From positions 67,288 through 131,287 of the forward strand of contig JAXLVG010000006.1 of the NCBI GenBank assembly GCA_046329115.1: a DNA stretch of 64,000 bases, read 5' to 3'. A program made the position numbers and the translations under genes. The stretch comes from Flavobacteriales bacterium. GTDB lineage: Bacteria > Bacteroidota > Bacteroidia > Flavobacteriales_F > PHOS-HE28. How positions within the stretch are numbered: position 1 is the stretch's first letter; each line of letters opens with the position of its first letter. Positions 11,883 to 20,989 of the stretch are shown here, piece by piece. The notes under the pieces were generated by a model, which was not told the origin of the DNA, made no database searches, and saw nothing but the letters and a program-made list of their open reading frames with translations.

Positions 11883-11951
11883 TCACCACAGAGGCAGAGC
11901 GAACACGGAGGCAACTGGCACCCCTCTGTGTCCTCCGTGCCTCTGTGGTGA
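11883..11951. repeat. REP-like inverted repeat between pdhA and pdhC
   Basis: TCACCACAGAGG...CACGGAGG (11883-11911) is complementary to CCTCCGTG-CCTCTGTGGTGA (11932-11951). Confidence 0.7.
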
Positions 11952-11959
11952 GTGCATTC

Positions 11960-12988
11960 TCAGTCCTTGATGAACGGATAATCCGGTTGCTTGTACACGT
12001 CCTCCCAAAGTTCCCCGGCCTCGGGGAGCGGGCTGCTCTCGGCGAACTTCACCGCCTCCTCCACCTCCTTCTTCACCGCCTCGTCCCACTGCTCGAGCTC
12101 GGCCTCGGTGCTCCACTTGTTCTCCAGGATCGTGGCCCGCACTCCTTCGATGGGATCCTGCTTCTTGTACTCCTCCACCTCCTCCTTGGTGCGGTACTTC
12201 TGCGGGTCGCTCATGCTGTGCCCGCGGTACCGGTAGGTCTTGATCTCCAGCAGGTAGGGGCCGTTGCCGGCGCGGCAATGGGCTGCGGCCTTGGCAATAG
12301 CCGTGTGCACATCCTCGCAGCGCATGCCATCGACCGCCTCACCGGGCATGTCGTAGCTCTCGCCCAGCGTGTACAGCTCGCGCACATTGCTGGTGCGCTC
12401 CACGCTGGTGCCCATGGCGTAGTGGTTGTTCTCGATGATGAAGATCACCGGGAGCTTCCAGGTCATGGCCATGTTGAAGGTCTCGTGCAGGATGCCCTGG
12501 CGCACGGCACCATCACCCATGGAGCAGAGCGTCACCTGATCGCCGCCGCGGTACTTGTCGGCGAAGGCGATGCCGGCGCCGAGGCCGATCTGCCCGCCCA
12601 CGATGCCGTGCCCGCCGAACAGGTTGCGCTCCTTGTCAAAGTAGTGCATGCTGCCGCCCTTGCCCTTGCTGGTGCCGGTGGTGCGGCCGTAGAGCTCGGC
12701 CATCACGTTCTTGGCCGGGGTGCCCAGTACCAGCGGATGGCAGTGGTCCCGGTAACCGGTGATCACCCGGTCATCCTTCCGGATGGCGGTGATCATGCCA
12801 GCGAGGATGGCCTCCTGGCCGATGTACAGGTGGCAGAAGCCGCCGAACTTCTGCATGGTGTACAGCTGCCCGCACTTCTCCTCGAAGCGGCGCATGAGCA
12901 GCATGTCCTTGAACCAGCGCAGGTAGGTCTCCTTGGTGAAGGCCGTGGCCTTCTCCGCGCTCTTGCGTGAAGCGGTCTTGGTCGTCAT
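11960..12988 (-). CDS. pdhA: Pyruvate dehydrogenase E1 alpha subunit
   Basis: GFCHLYIGQEA, KGKGGSMH, GDGAVRQG..HE..N TPP motif, TYRYRGHSMSDP. Confidence 0.97.
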   Translation of the reverse strand: MTTKTASRKSAEKATAFTKETYLRWFKDMLLMRRFEEKCGQLYTMQKFGGFCHLYIGQEAILAGMITAIRKDDRVITGYRDHCHPLVLGTPAKNVMAELYGRTTGTSKGKGGSMHYFDKERNLFGGHGIVGGQIGLGAGIAFADKYRGGDQVTLCSMGDGAVRQGILHETFNMAMTWKLPVIFIIENNHYAMGTSVERTSNVRELYTLGESYDMPGEAVDGMRCEDVHTAIAKAAAHCRAGNGPYLLEIKTYRYRGHSMSDPQKYRTKEEVEEYKKQDPIEGVRATILENKWSTEAELEQWDEAVKKEVEEAVKFAESSPLPEAGELWEDVYKQPDYPFIKD

Positions 12989-13017
12989 GATGGGGGGACG
13001 AAGATACCGGTGGAGGT

Positions 13018-13536
13018 TCAGCCCCGGCCCGATGTGGGCTTGCGGCGTTTGCGGCCGGGCAGCTGGCCGGCGTCGAAGGAGAGCGGCAGCAGGCTGTCCA
13101 CGCTGTACATCTCCACCACGGGGCCCTTGGTGATGCCCATCAGCACTCGGATGGGGCTCTCCTGCCGGCGTTCCTGCTCCAGCAGCGCCTGGCGGCAGAT
13201 GCCACAGGGGCTCACCGGCCGCTGGCCCCGCACCTGGGGCACCACGATGGCGATGCTCTCCACCACGGCCTTGGGGTCGGCCGCCATGGCCGCGTGCAGG
13301 GCGGTGCGCTCGGCACAGCAGCCGGCTGGGAAGCTGGCGTTCTCCTGGTTGTTGCCGCTCACCACCGGACCATCCTCGATGCGGAGGGCCGCCCCCACCT
13401 TGAAGCGCGAGTAGGGCGCGTAGGCCCCGCGGGCCGCCTTGGCCGCCGCCTCCAGCAATTGCCGGTCAGCCTTGTCCAAGGCCGACCACGAGCTGTGTTG
13501 CAGGTAGTGCGTGGCGATCTTTCGGTTCACGGACAT
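13018..13536 (-). CDS. cdd: Cytidine deaminase
   Basis: AYAPYSRFKVGAA, GNNQENAS, CCAERTAL, SPCGICRQ zinc motifs. Confidence 0.92.
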   Translation of the reverse strand: MSVNRKIATHYLQHSSWSALDKADRQLLEAAAKAARGAYAPYSRFKVGAALRIEDGPVVSGNNQENASFPAGCCAERTALHAAMAADPKAVVESIAIVVPQVRGQRPVSPCGICRQALLEQERRQESPIRVLMGITKGPVVEMYSVDSLLPLSFDAGQLPGRKRRKPTSGRG

Positions 13537-13623
13537 GGGCTTCTGCGGAAAGGGCCCCGAAGGTACTCGGCCACAACGTCCGGCGCACGGCGGTCCCCTT
13601 CCCCTAGATTTGGCCTCCTTCGC

Positions 13624-14376
13624 ATGAACGTTCCCGAAGCGCTGCTGTCACGGTTCGAGCCCATCTCCCTGGCCGAGATGGACGCGGTGGCGCTCCAATC
13701 ACGCACGGACACCAAGTACGTCTTCAGCACGGCGCTCCTTCCCGGCCTGCTGGAAGGGATGATGCGCGACTACCGCCTGCTGTACGTGAACGGCGCGCCC
13801 GGTGCCCGGTACCGTTCCCTGTACCTGGACACCCCCGACCGCCGGCACTTCCTGGACCACCACAACGGCCGGACCTTCCGCAGCAAGGTGCGTTTCCGCG
13901 AGTACCTCGGCTCGGAGCTCGCCTTCCTGGAGGTGAAGCGCAAGACGGGCCGGGGCGACACGGACAAGGTGCGCATCCGTGTGGACCGGATACCCGAGCG
14001 GCCCGACGCGGCGCAGCTGGACTTCGTACGCAAGGCCTCGGGGCGCGACGAGCGTCTGGAGCCTGTGATGTGGAACACGTTCACGCGCTACACGTTCGTG
14101 CACCGCACACGGCAGGAGCGGCTCACCATGGACCTGGACCTCGCCTTCACCACGGGCGACCGGCGCTTCAGCCTGGACGGCATCTGCGTGGCCGAGCTGA
14201 AGGAGGGCCGCGCCGACCGGGGTTCGCCGTTCAGTGCCATGATGCGCGCCCTTGGCGAACGGCCGAAGGGCATGAGCAAGTACTGCATCGGGCTGATCGA
14301 ACTGGGACTGGCCCCGCGCGCCAACAACTTCAAACCCGTGCTGCTGCGCCTGCGAAAGCTGCGCCAGGCGGCCTGA
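13624..14376 (+). CDS. VTC (polyphosphate polymerase)-domain protein, CYTH/TTM superfamily
   Basis: ATG 13624; RTDTKY, YRSLYLDT, RSKVRFREY, FLEVKRK, ERLTMD, VAELK, MSKYCIG. Confidence 0.85.
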   Translation: MNVPEALLSRFEPISLAEMDAVALQSRTDTKYVFSTALLPGLLEGMMRDYRLLYVNGAPGARYRSLYLDTPDRRHFLDHHNGRTFRSKVRFREYLGSELAFLEVKRKTGRGDTDKVRIRVDRIPERPDAAQLDFVRKASGRDERLEPVMWNTFTRYTFVHRTRQERLTMDLDLAFTTGDRRFSLDGICVAELKEGRADRGSPFSAMMRALGERPKGMSKYCIGLIELGLAPRANNFKPVLLRLRKLRQAA

Positions 14377-14395
14377 AAAACCCCCACCCGCGTTG

Positions 14396-15046
14396 ATGAT
14401 CAAGGTGTTCGGTATGCGGCTCTTCCACGAGGACCTGTGGGAGCTGCTGTTCAAGTTCGGCCTCGATGCGCTCGTGCTCTTCGTGCTCATCCGGGTCATC
14501 TATTACCCGATCCACCGCAAGAAGGAGAACCTCTTCACCTACTTCGTCTTCAACGTCCTCATCTTCTTCCTCTGCGTGCTGATGAACAACGTGAAGCTGA
14601 GCATGGGCTTCGGCTTCGGGCTCTTCGCCGTGTTCAGCATCATCCGCTACCGCACGGAGCAGCTCTCCGTGAAGGACATGACCTACCTGTTCGCAGTGAT
14701 CACCCTCGCCGTGATCAATGCGTTGGTGAGCAAGAAGGTGAGCCTGGTGGAGCTGCTCTTTACGAACGCGACCATCCTGGCCCTGGTGTACATCATGGAA
14801 CACCTCTGGCTCACGCGCCACGAGGCCATGCGCCAGCTCATCTACGAGCGCATCGACCTGATCAAGCCGCAGAACCGGGACAAGCTCTTTGCCGACCTGC
14901 AGGAGCGCCTGGGCATCAAACCCAGCCGGGTGGAGATCGGGCGCATCGACCTGCTGCGCGACACGGTACAGTTGCGCGTGTTCTTCTTCGAGGACGAGCA
15001 GACGCTTGGGACCTTCACGGAGCCTCCGCGCGACAACGACGATTGA
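14396..15046 (+). CDS. DUF4956 family membrane protein
   Basis: Multi-TM; GFGFGLFAVFSIIRYRT...KDMTYLF motif and C-terminal DLQERLG...VEIGRIDLLRD soluble domain; directly follows the VTC gene. Confidence 0.85.
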   Translation: MIKVFGMRLFHEDLWELLFKFGLDALVLFVLIRVIYYPIHRKKENLFTYFVFNVLIFFLCVLMNNVKLSMGFGFGLFAVFSIIRYRTEQLSVKDMTYLFAVITLAVINALVSKKVSLVELLFTNATILALVYIMEHLWLTRHEAMRQLIYERIDLIKPQNRDKLFADLQERLGIKPSRVEIGRIDLLRDTVQLRVFFFEDEQTLGTFTEPPRDNDD

Positions 15047-15057
15047 GCGTCCTGGGT

Positions 15058-15076
15058 CACCGGCTTCCAGCCGGTG
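15058..15076. terminator. Hairpin between convergent DUF4956 and ispF
   Basis: CACCGGCT-TCC-AGCCGGTG perfect 8-bp stem; no U-tract. Confidence 0.4.
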
Positions 15077-15110
15077 CAGGAAAGGTCGCCCGATACGGGG
15101 CGCAGTACCA

Positions 15111-15590
15111 TCATCCGCGCTGGACAAGGGCCACCGCATAGGCGCTCACGCCCTCCTCCCGGCCCACATAGCCCAGGGTCTCGTTCGTAGTGGCCTTGAT
15201 GCTCACCGCATCACGCTCCACCCCGAGCAGCGGCGCGATGGCCTCCACCATGGCGGGAATGTGCGGCTTGATCCGCGGCCGTTCCAGCAGCAGAGTGGAG
15301 TCCACGTTCACCACGCGCCAGCCCCGCTCCGCGAGCAGCTCCCGCACCTGCCGCAGCAGCACCTTGCTGTCAGCACCCTTCCAGCGCGCGTCGGTATCCG
15401 GGAAGTGATGACCGATGTCGCCGAGGGCAACGGCCCCGAGCAGGGCATCGCTGATGGCGTGGAGCAGTACATCGGCATCGCTGTGACCGAGCGCACCCAC
15501 AGAGTGCTCCAAGCGCACGCCGCCGAGCCAGAGCTCACGGCCTTCCACCAAGCGGTGCGTGTCGAAACCGAAGCCGACGCGGAAGCTCAT
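15111..15590 (-). CDS. ispF: 2-C-methyl-D-erythritol 2,4-cyclodiphosphate synthase
   Basis: RVGFGFDTHRL, GHSDADVLLHAISDALLGA, GDIGHHFPD, SIKATTNE. Confidence 0.97.
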   Translation of the reverse strand: MSFRVGFGFDTHRLVEGRELWLGGVRLEHSVGALGHSDADVLLHAISDALLGAVALGDIGHHFPDTDARWKGADSKVLLRQVRELLAERGWRVVNVDSTLLLERPRIKPHIPAMVEAIAPLLGVERDAVSIKATTNETLGYVGREEGVSAYAVALVQRG

Positions 15591-16840
15591 TCCACGTCGC
15601 CCTCCTTCTTCCGGGGCTTGCCGTCGAAGTTGAACCCGAGGGTGAACCGCAGCGTGTTGGCCAGCGGGCTGCGCTGCGTGTTGGCGATCAGGTAGCTGAA
15701 GTCGAGCGAGAAGATGCTGTACCGCACGCCAAGCCCCATGGTGAAGTACTTGCGGTTGCCCTTGGTGTAGTGCTCGTAGAAGTAGCCCGTTCGGAAGGCG
15801 AACTGCTTGGCGTACCAGTATTCCAGTCCGCCGGCGTAGTTGATCTCCCGGAGCTCCTCCTTCAACTTGCTTCCGGGGATCAGCTGGTTGTTCTGATCGA
15901 GGTAGCCCGGCGCATCGGAGAACGAACCCAGGATGCCGGCCGCCACCCCGCGGGTGGGGTCCTCACCGAACAGGATGGTGTCGCCCGTCACGCTGTAGAT
16001 CGGCGGTGTGGGCACCAGCAGCTTGTTCACGTCCACGTTGAAGGAGATGCTGTTGTACTTGTCGATGTCCACGGTGAGGCAGGGCCCGATCCGCATGTTG
16101 ATCGGCAGGAAGTCGCGCCGTGCGGCATCGCTGTAGGACATCTTGGCGCCGACGTTCGAGATGTTGAGGCCGAAGGCCAGGATCGCATCCTTGCCGCCCA
16201 CGGTCATGCGGTCCTTGCGGTAGAAGAAGGACACGTCCGCCGCCACGCTCTGGCCGGCCTTCGTGTTGGCGCCGCTCACGTTGAGCCCGCCGGTGAGGTT
16301 GCTGTTGATGTAGCGCAGGGCGATGCCGCCGCTGAACACATCGCTGAACTTCTGCGAGAAGGCCAGGTCAACGGCGAACTCGGCGGGTTTGAAGTCCCGG
16401 ATCACCTGGCCGTTCACATCCGTGAACGTGATGCTGCCCAGGTTGAAGTAACGCAGCGAACCGCCCATGGCGGCGCGCTTGTTCTTCATCTTCTTGTAGT
16501 AGGCCAGGTAGGCCAGGCTCATGTCCGGCACCAGGTTGCGGAGCCAGGGCGAAACGGACAGGCGGAACTGGCTCTCGTCCTCCGCGAACACCAGTTTGCT
16601 GGGGTTCCAATGGATGGCGTTCGCATCCGCCGGCAGGGCCACGCCCGCATCACCCATGCCGCCGGAGCGCGAATCCGGACCGATGATCAGGAACGGAACG
16701 GCCGTGGTGATGGTGTTCAGCACCTGATCGCAGGCCTGTCCGGTGAGCTCGTTCAGGCAGTCCTGTTCCACCTGGGCGAGAAGGGCCGGCGTGCTGGCGG
16801 CCAGGAGCATCGCACAGGCTAAGGGACGGATCAAGGCCAT
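15587..16840 (-). CDS. porV: Type IX secretion system outer membrane shuttle PorV
   Basis: ITTAVPFLIIGPDSRSGGMGDAGVA, WNPSKL, GGSLRYFNLG, KGNRKYFTMG, SPLANTLRFTL; directly downstream of porU. Confidence 0.95.
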   Translation of the reverse strand: MALIRPLACAMLLAASTPALLAQVEQDCLNELTGQACDQVLNTITTAVPFLIIGPDSRSGGMGDAGVALPADANAIHWNPSKLVFAEDESQFRLSVSPWLRNLVPDMSLAYLAYYKKMKNKRAAMGGSLRYFNLGSITFTDVNGQVIRDFKPAEFAVDLAFSQKFSDVFSGGIALRYINSNLTGGLNVSGANTKAGQSVAADVSFFYRKDRMTVGGKDAILAFGLNISNVGAKMSYSDAARRDFLPINMRIGPCLTVDIDKYNSISFNVDVNKLLVPTPPIYSVTGDTILFGEDPTRGVAAGILGSFSDAPGYLDQNNQLIPGSKLKEELREINYAGGLEYWYAKQFAFRTGYFYEHYTKGNRKYFTMGLGVRYSIFSLDFSYLIANTQRSPLANTLRFTLGFNFDGKPRKKEGDVE

Positions 16841-16906
16841 GAGGGGATGACGGGTTCGCTATTGAAAGGGTGGCGAATATACGCGGCCTGCAAGGGCGTT
16901 ATTGTG

Positions 16907-19900
16907 CTAGCGCAGGATGACCAGCTTCTCGATCTTATCCGCGGACTCCCCGGCATCGTTGGAGATGGACAGGCGGTACACATACACACCGCGACCGAGC
17001 TTATCCCCCTGATCATCAAGGCCATCCCAGGCCAGCGGCTCCGATCGGAAGCCCTCGCATTGCAGGCGACGTGCCAGGGTCTTCACCAAGCGCCCGGCCA
17101 CCGTGAACACCTGCAGCCGTACATCCAGTTCGCCGCAAGGGCGGTTGTGCTCAAAGTAGAACTCCGTACGCGTGGTGAACGGGTTGGGGTAGTTGAGCAC
17201 ATGCTCCAGGGCAAGTTCCGCGCTGGGCGCCACGACGAAGTCGATGCTCCGGACACTGCTGTTGTTGTGCACGTCCCAAGCCTTCAGCTCCAAGGTGTGT
17301 GCGCCTTCGGAAAGGTCGTTCAGGCGGTAGCGCACCTGGCCGCTGCGGTAGGTGTTCAGGTCCGCCTCGTACACATCGTTCAGCACGATGGCGGCTTCGG
17401 TGTTGCCATCGATCACCGCCGTAAGGTCGTGGCCGATGCTGCTGCCCAGCGTGTTGATCCCGTTGTCGTCGAAGAGCTTCGCCAGCAGCAAGGGGTCCTC
17501 GTTGGTGGTGCCGCCCGGAACGAAACGCTCATCGTTCATGAAGAGGTCGATCCGCGGGCCTGCCTCGTCCACCGGGGCATTGGGGTCGGTGGAGCCCACG
17601 TTCCGGTCGTTGTCATAGCCGCAGGCGTTCGTGGAAGCACTTTCCGCATAAACGCTGATGCGCCCCGGGCCCACCTGGTAGTTGATGTCCTTGGGAACCA
17701 CGAAGGTGAACTCGAACTGGCCGTTCGTGACCGTGGCCTTTCCACGGTGGATGATGTTCCGCCGCAGCTGGTAGTTGAAGGGCTGGCCACCATCGTTCGC
17801 CAGCGTGCTCACGTTGCTCTCCTTGTCGAACACGGTGGGCACCACCACACCATTGAAGTCCGTGAGCACCTGGCCCTGTTCATCCACCACCTCCCCCTTG
17901 ATCCGCACCGTGGCCAAAGCCTTCATCGTATCCACCGGGTTGCCCAGCGTATCGGTCACTGCGGTGATGCGCGCGTCCTTGCGGGCCATGGCCAGCCGGA
18001 TGGAGGGGTCGCCAAGGAGGCAGAAGTTGCGATAGTTGGTGCCCTGGGTGCTCACGTCCGCCTTCGTGCGGCGATAGATGTCGCCGAAACGCTCGGCACG
18101 GCCCTGCTCATCCACCGTCTCGAACACATGCTGGAAGAAGCGACGGGCAAGGGCCTGGTTGGCGCCACTGTACGCGATGCGGGTGGTGGTCATCAGGCCG
18201 ATACCACCGCCGTTGGGGTTCAGCAGGACGAACTCGCCGGCCGATGTGCGGGTGGGGTCGTCCCACCGCGTGAACTCGCATGTGGCGGTCATGAACAACG
18301 GCAGCCGCTCCAGGTTGCTCCAGCCCAGGATGGTCTGGATGTCAAGGAAGCGCTCGTGCGCCCAGCCCACCTCGCCGCCGTGGCCGATGTAGTTCACCAG
18401 CAGCAGCCCCTTCTGCACGCGATCGCGCAAGGCCACCTCCGCTTCGGGATAGCGCTGGCCGCCCGGTGTGCTCTCCTGCACGTAGGCGTCCATGTACACC
18501 TTGGCCAGGTTGAGGCAGGGCTGCTCCTGTTCCACGGTGTTGGCCAGCTCATCGCTGTACAGCATGTGGATGGTGCCTTCGAAGCCGTCACCGCTCTGGT
18601 CGTCGCTGGCGAACAGCACCCAGTTGCGCCAATCGTTCGCGCCGCCGTCCGAACCGGTCGCACAGGAACTGCCCTGCGCGCTGGTCAGCAGCAGTTGGTC
18701 GTACTTCAGGATCTTGTCCACCATTTCCCGGGCCTGCGTCACGTTGCTCACGGGTATGCGTCCCACGCCCACGTCGACGATATCGGAGAGCGCCTCGCCC
18801 TCCGCATCGTCCAGCAGGCAGTAGTAGTCGTCGCTGGTGTAGCAGGAGGAGGGCACCCACGAGTTCACCGACTGGAAACTGGGTATCCAGTTCTGGTTGC
18901 CTTCGGCCAGGTTGTAGTTGTTGAACGACCCATCGCCGAAGAGGAGGAGGTAGCGCGGGAAGAGGGTGCTGTCCGTACCGGCCCGGTCGTAAAGGAGCTT
19001 CATGTACCGCTTGATGGCGGTGGCATCACGCTGGCCGGAGGAGAACTCGTTGTAGATCTGCTGGGGGGTCACCATCACCACGGACAAGCCTTCGTCCGCA
19101 CGGCGTTCGGCCAGGCGTGCCGCCTCGCTCCAGAACTGCGGGGGGCAGACGATCACCATCTCCGTGGGGGTCGGGGTGGCGTGCAGGTCCTGCGGGGCTA
19201 CCGGTCCAACTGCCGTTGGCTGCAGGTATCCACTGTTGCGGAAGGCGATGAACTGGCGCAGTTCCTCCGTGGCCACACGGAAACGCTTTTGGGACCCGCT
19301 GGTGGTGGCGTCCACACGGCCCACATTGGTGGGGTCGGTCACCTCCCAGATGCGGGCCACGGCACCGGCCTGCTCCAGTACGAACTCCCCGATCCGTCCG
19401 GCGCCCACCGTGGTGGGGTCGCGGAACACCAACTGGTCGCCGGTCATGGTCAGGTCGCGCCGGGCGTTCAGTTCCAGGTAGTTCAGCCAGCCCAACGAAC
19501 TGATCGGGTCGGACTTGTTGAAGGTGACCGTGATCGGCAGGGAACTGCCCGAGGCGTTGAAGCAGAAGGTGCGCCGGGACGTATCGGCGTAGGTGCCCGC
19601 ATAGCTCCCGCTCACACCGGAATCGTTGAAGGTGAACCCCTGCCCCGCCACGTTCAACTGCCACTGACTGCTGTTGCCCACCCCGATGGTGCGGCTCAGC
19701 ACATCCACCACCAGGCAGGCCTGTTCGCCGGAGCGCAGGAAAGGGGTCTGGAAGCTGTAGTTGTAGGTGGTGGTCAGGTCATAGGTCTCACCGTACCACG
19801 TGCGGCCGCTCTTCAAGAGGTTCACCAGGTCCCGGTCGATGAACTGACGGTCCGTAAAGGCGGTGACCTCATCGGTGAAGGGATCGGCACTGAGCTCCAC

Positions 19901-20821
19901 GGCAGCGATCCGCTTGGCCGGCTCCACATCCAAGCCGATGAAATAGGTGGCCGAATCGGTGTAGGTGTTCTTGGTATGCACGAAGCGCTGCAGCCCGGGG
20001 CTCCATGCCCAGTCGTCCGGACCGCTGGCATAGAACAGGATGTGGTCGTTGGCATCGAACTGTCCGTCCCCGCCGTCCACCACCTCAATGGCATTGCACA
20101 GCAGGTCGGTCGGCGGCAGTTCGGCGTTCTCGGTCGGGAGCACACCGGCGTGGTTGCCGTACACGTTGATGCGGTCGGAGGCAAGGCCGGCGGTGGGTAT
20201 CCCCAACTGCTGCAGGAACGCCTGGTCAAGTTTGTACACCCCCTCCCTGGCCACCTGAAAGCGGTACCACGATCCGATGGCCAGCTTGGAGTTATCGGGA
20301 TAGTCGCCGCTCTTGGCCCCACCCGCACCCCCGCGGCGTTGCCCGGTGACCCGGAGCGTATAGTCCACCAACCGTTGCACCTGCCCGGTGGCCGCATCCT
20401 TTCTGTATGGGTAGATGTCCACCAACGCCATCGGCCGCTTCCGCGCGTAGCCGACGGACGTGCGCACCTCGGGCTCCGCTCCGGGAACACCAAGACCGGG
20501 CAGGCTTGCAAGCTCCGCGGCCGGAATGTCCGCAAAGCGGGTGTTCACGAGTTCCACCGTGCAGGCATCCGAGCCCATCGGAAGCGCCACCTGCTCGTGG
20601 TAGTAAGGCAGGTCCTGGCGCTCGGTGTCCAAAAAGAGTTTGTCGGCCTTGGAAGCCATCTGCGGGTCGCGCGGGACGGAAGGCTTGCTCCGGACCGTCC
20701 CTAGGGCGCCCCCAACTGCCGATCGGGATGGATCGTTCAGCTGCTGGGCGTTCGCGAGGAAACCCGCTACCAGAGCGGAGATCAGCAGGACCGGGCGCTT
20801 GACGTGCATGGACGCTTTCAA
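16907..20821 (-). CDS. porU: Type IX secretion system sortase PorU (C25 peptidase)
   Basis: 1304 aa; YLLLFGDGSF, VGVGRIPV, NYIGHGGE (His), TATCEF (Cys), LLGDP, CTD VLNYPNPF...KLVILR. Confidence 0.95.
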   Translation of the reverse strand: MKASMHVKRPVLLISALVAGFLANAQQLNDPSRSAVGGALGTVRSKPSVPRDPQMASKADKLFLDTERQDLPYYHEQVALPMGSDACTVELVNTRFADIPAAELASLPGLGVPGAEPEVRTSVGYARKRPMALVDIYPYRKDAATGQVQRLVDYTLRVTGQRRGGAGGAKSGDYPDNSKLAIGSWYRFQVAREGVYKLDQAFLQQLGIPTAGLASDRINVYGNHAGVLPTENAELPPTDLLCNAIEVVDGGDGQFDANDHILFYASGPDDWAWSPGLQRFVHTKNTYTDSATYFIGLDVEPAKRIAAVELSADPFTDEVTAFTDRQFIDRDLVNLLKSGRTWYGETYDLTTTYNYSFQTPFLRSGEQACLVVDVLSRTIGVGNSSQWQLNVAGQGFTFNDSGVSGSYAGTYADTSRRTFCFNASGSSLPITVTFNKSDPISSLGWLNYLELNARRDLTMTGDQLVFRDPTTVGAGRIGEFVLEQAGAVARIWEVTDPTNVGRVDATTSGSQKRFRVATEELRQFIAFRNSGYLQPTAVGPVAPQDLHATPTPTEMVIVCPPQFWSEAARLAERRADEGLSVVMVTPQQIYNEFSSGQRDATAIKRYMKLLYDRAGTDSTLFPRYLLLFGDGSFNNYNLAEGNQNWIPSFQSVNSWVPSSCYTSDDYYCLLDDAEGEALSDIVDVGVGRIPVSNVTQAREMVDKILKYDQLLLTSAQGSSCATGSDGGANDWRNWVLFASDDQSGDGFEGTIHMLYSDELANTVEQEQPCLNLAKVYMDAYVQESTPGGQRYPEAEVALRDRVQKGLLLVNYIGHGGEVGWAHERFLDIQTILGWSNLERLPLFMTATCEFTRWDDPTRTSAGEFVLLNPNGGGIGLMTTTRIAYSGANQALARRFFQHVFETVDEQGRAERFGDIYRRTKADVSTQGTNYRNFCLLGDPSIRLAMARKDARITAVTDTLGNPVDTMKALATVRIKGEVVDEQGQVLTDFNGVVVPTVFDKESNVSTLANDGGQPFNYQLRRNIIHRGKATVTNGQFEFTFVVPKDINYQVGPGRISVYAESASTNACGYDNDRNVGSTDPNAPVDEAGPRIDLFMNDERFVPGGTTNEDPLLLAKLFDDNGINTLGSSIGHDLTAVIDGNTEAAIVLNDVYEADLNTYRSGQVRYRLNDLSEGAHTLELKAWDVHNNSSVRSIDFVVAPSAELALEHVLNYPNPFTTRTEFYFEHNRPCGELDVRLQVFTVAGRLVKTLARRLQCEGFRSEPLAWDGLDDQGDKLGRGVYVYRLSISNDAGESADKIEKLVILR

Positions 20822-20843
20822 CAGGTTATCAACAATGAAGGAA

Positions 20844-20860
20844 CGAAAGTATTACCTTCG
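20844..20860. promoter_or_regulatory. Back-to-back Bacteroidota -7 promoter boxes for porU (minus) and porP-family/gldJ (plus)
   Basis: CGAAAGTA (20844-51; TACTTTCG on minus) T TACCTTCG (20853-60). Confidence 0.55.
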
Positions 20861-20989
20861 ACCCTCGTGTTTCAGAACACACGACCAACGGCTCGGGTTC
20901 TCGCTTATTGCGGGAGCCAAGGAACGAACCCGAAGCCGGGGCGATCCGTATACTTGGCGCTCGCCGAGGGCGTTGAACGAACCGAGAGC

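Noticed and set aside
10587-12988. pdhA and E2 without pdhB
   Set aside because: An unlinked E1 beta gene is a common arrangement in Bacteroidota.
16847-20704. 1285-aa plus-strand ORF opposite porU, and other long antisense or alternate-frame ORFs (e.g. 41186-43774, 3176-4891, 45731-47929, 55478-58144, 58217-60103)
   Set aside because: Shadow ORFs expected from GC3-rich coding on the other strand; no motifs, and each lies over a clearly identifiable gene.
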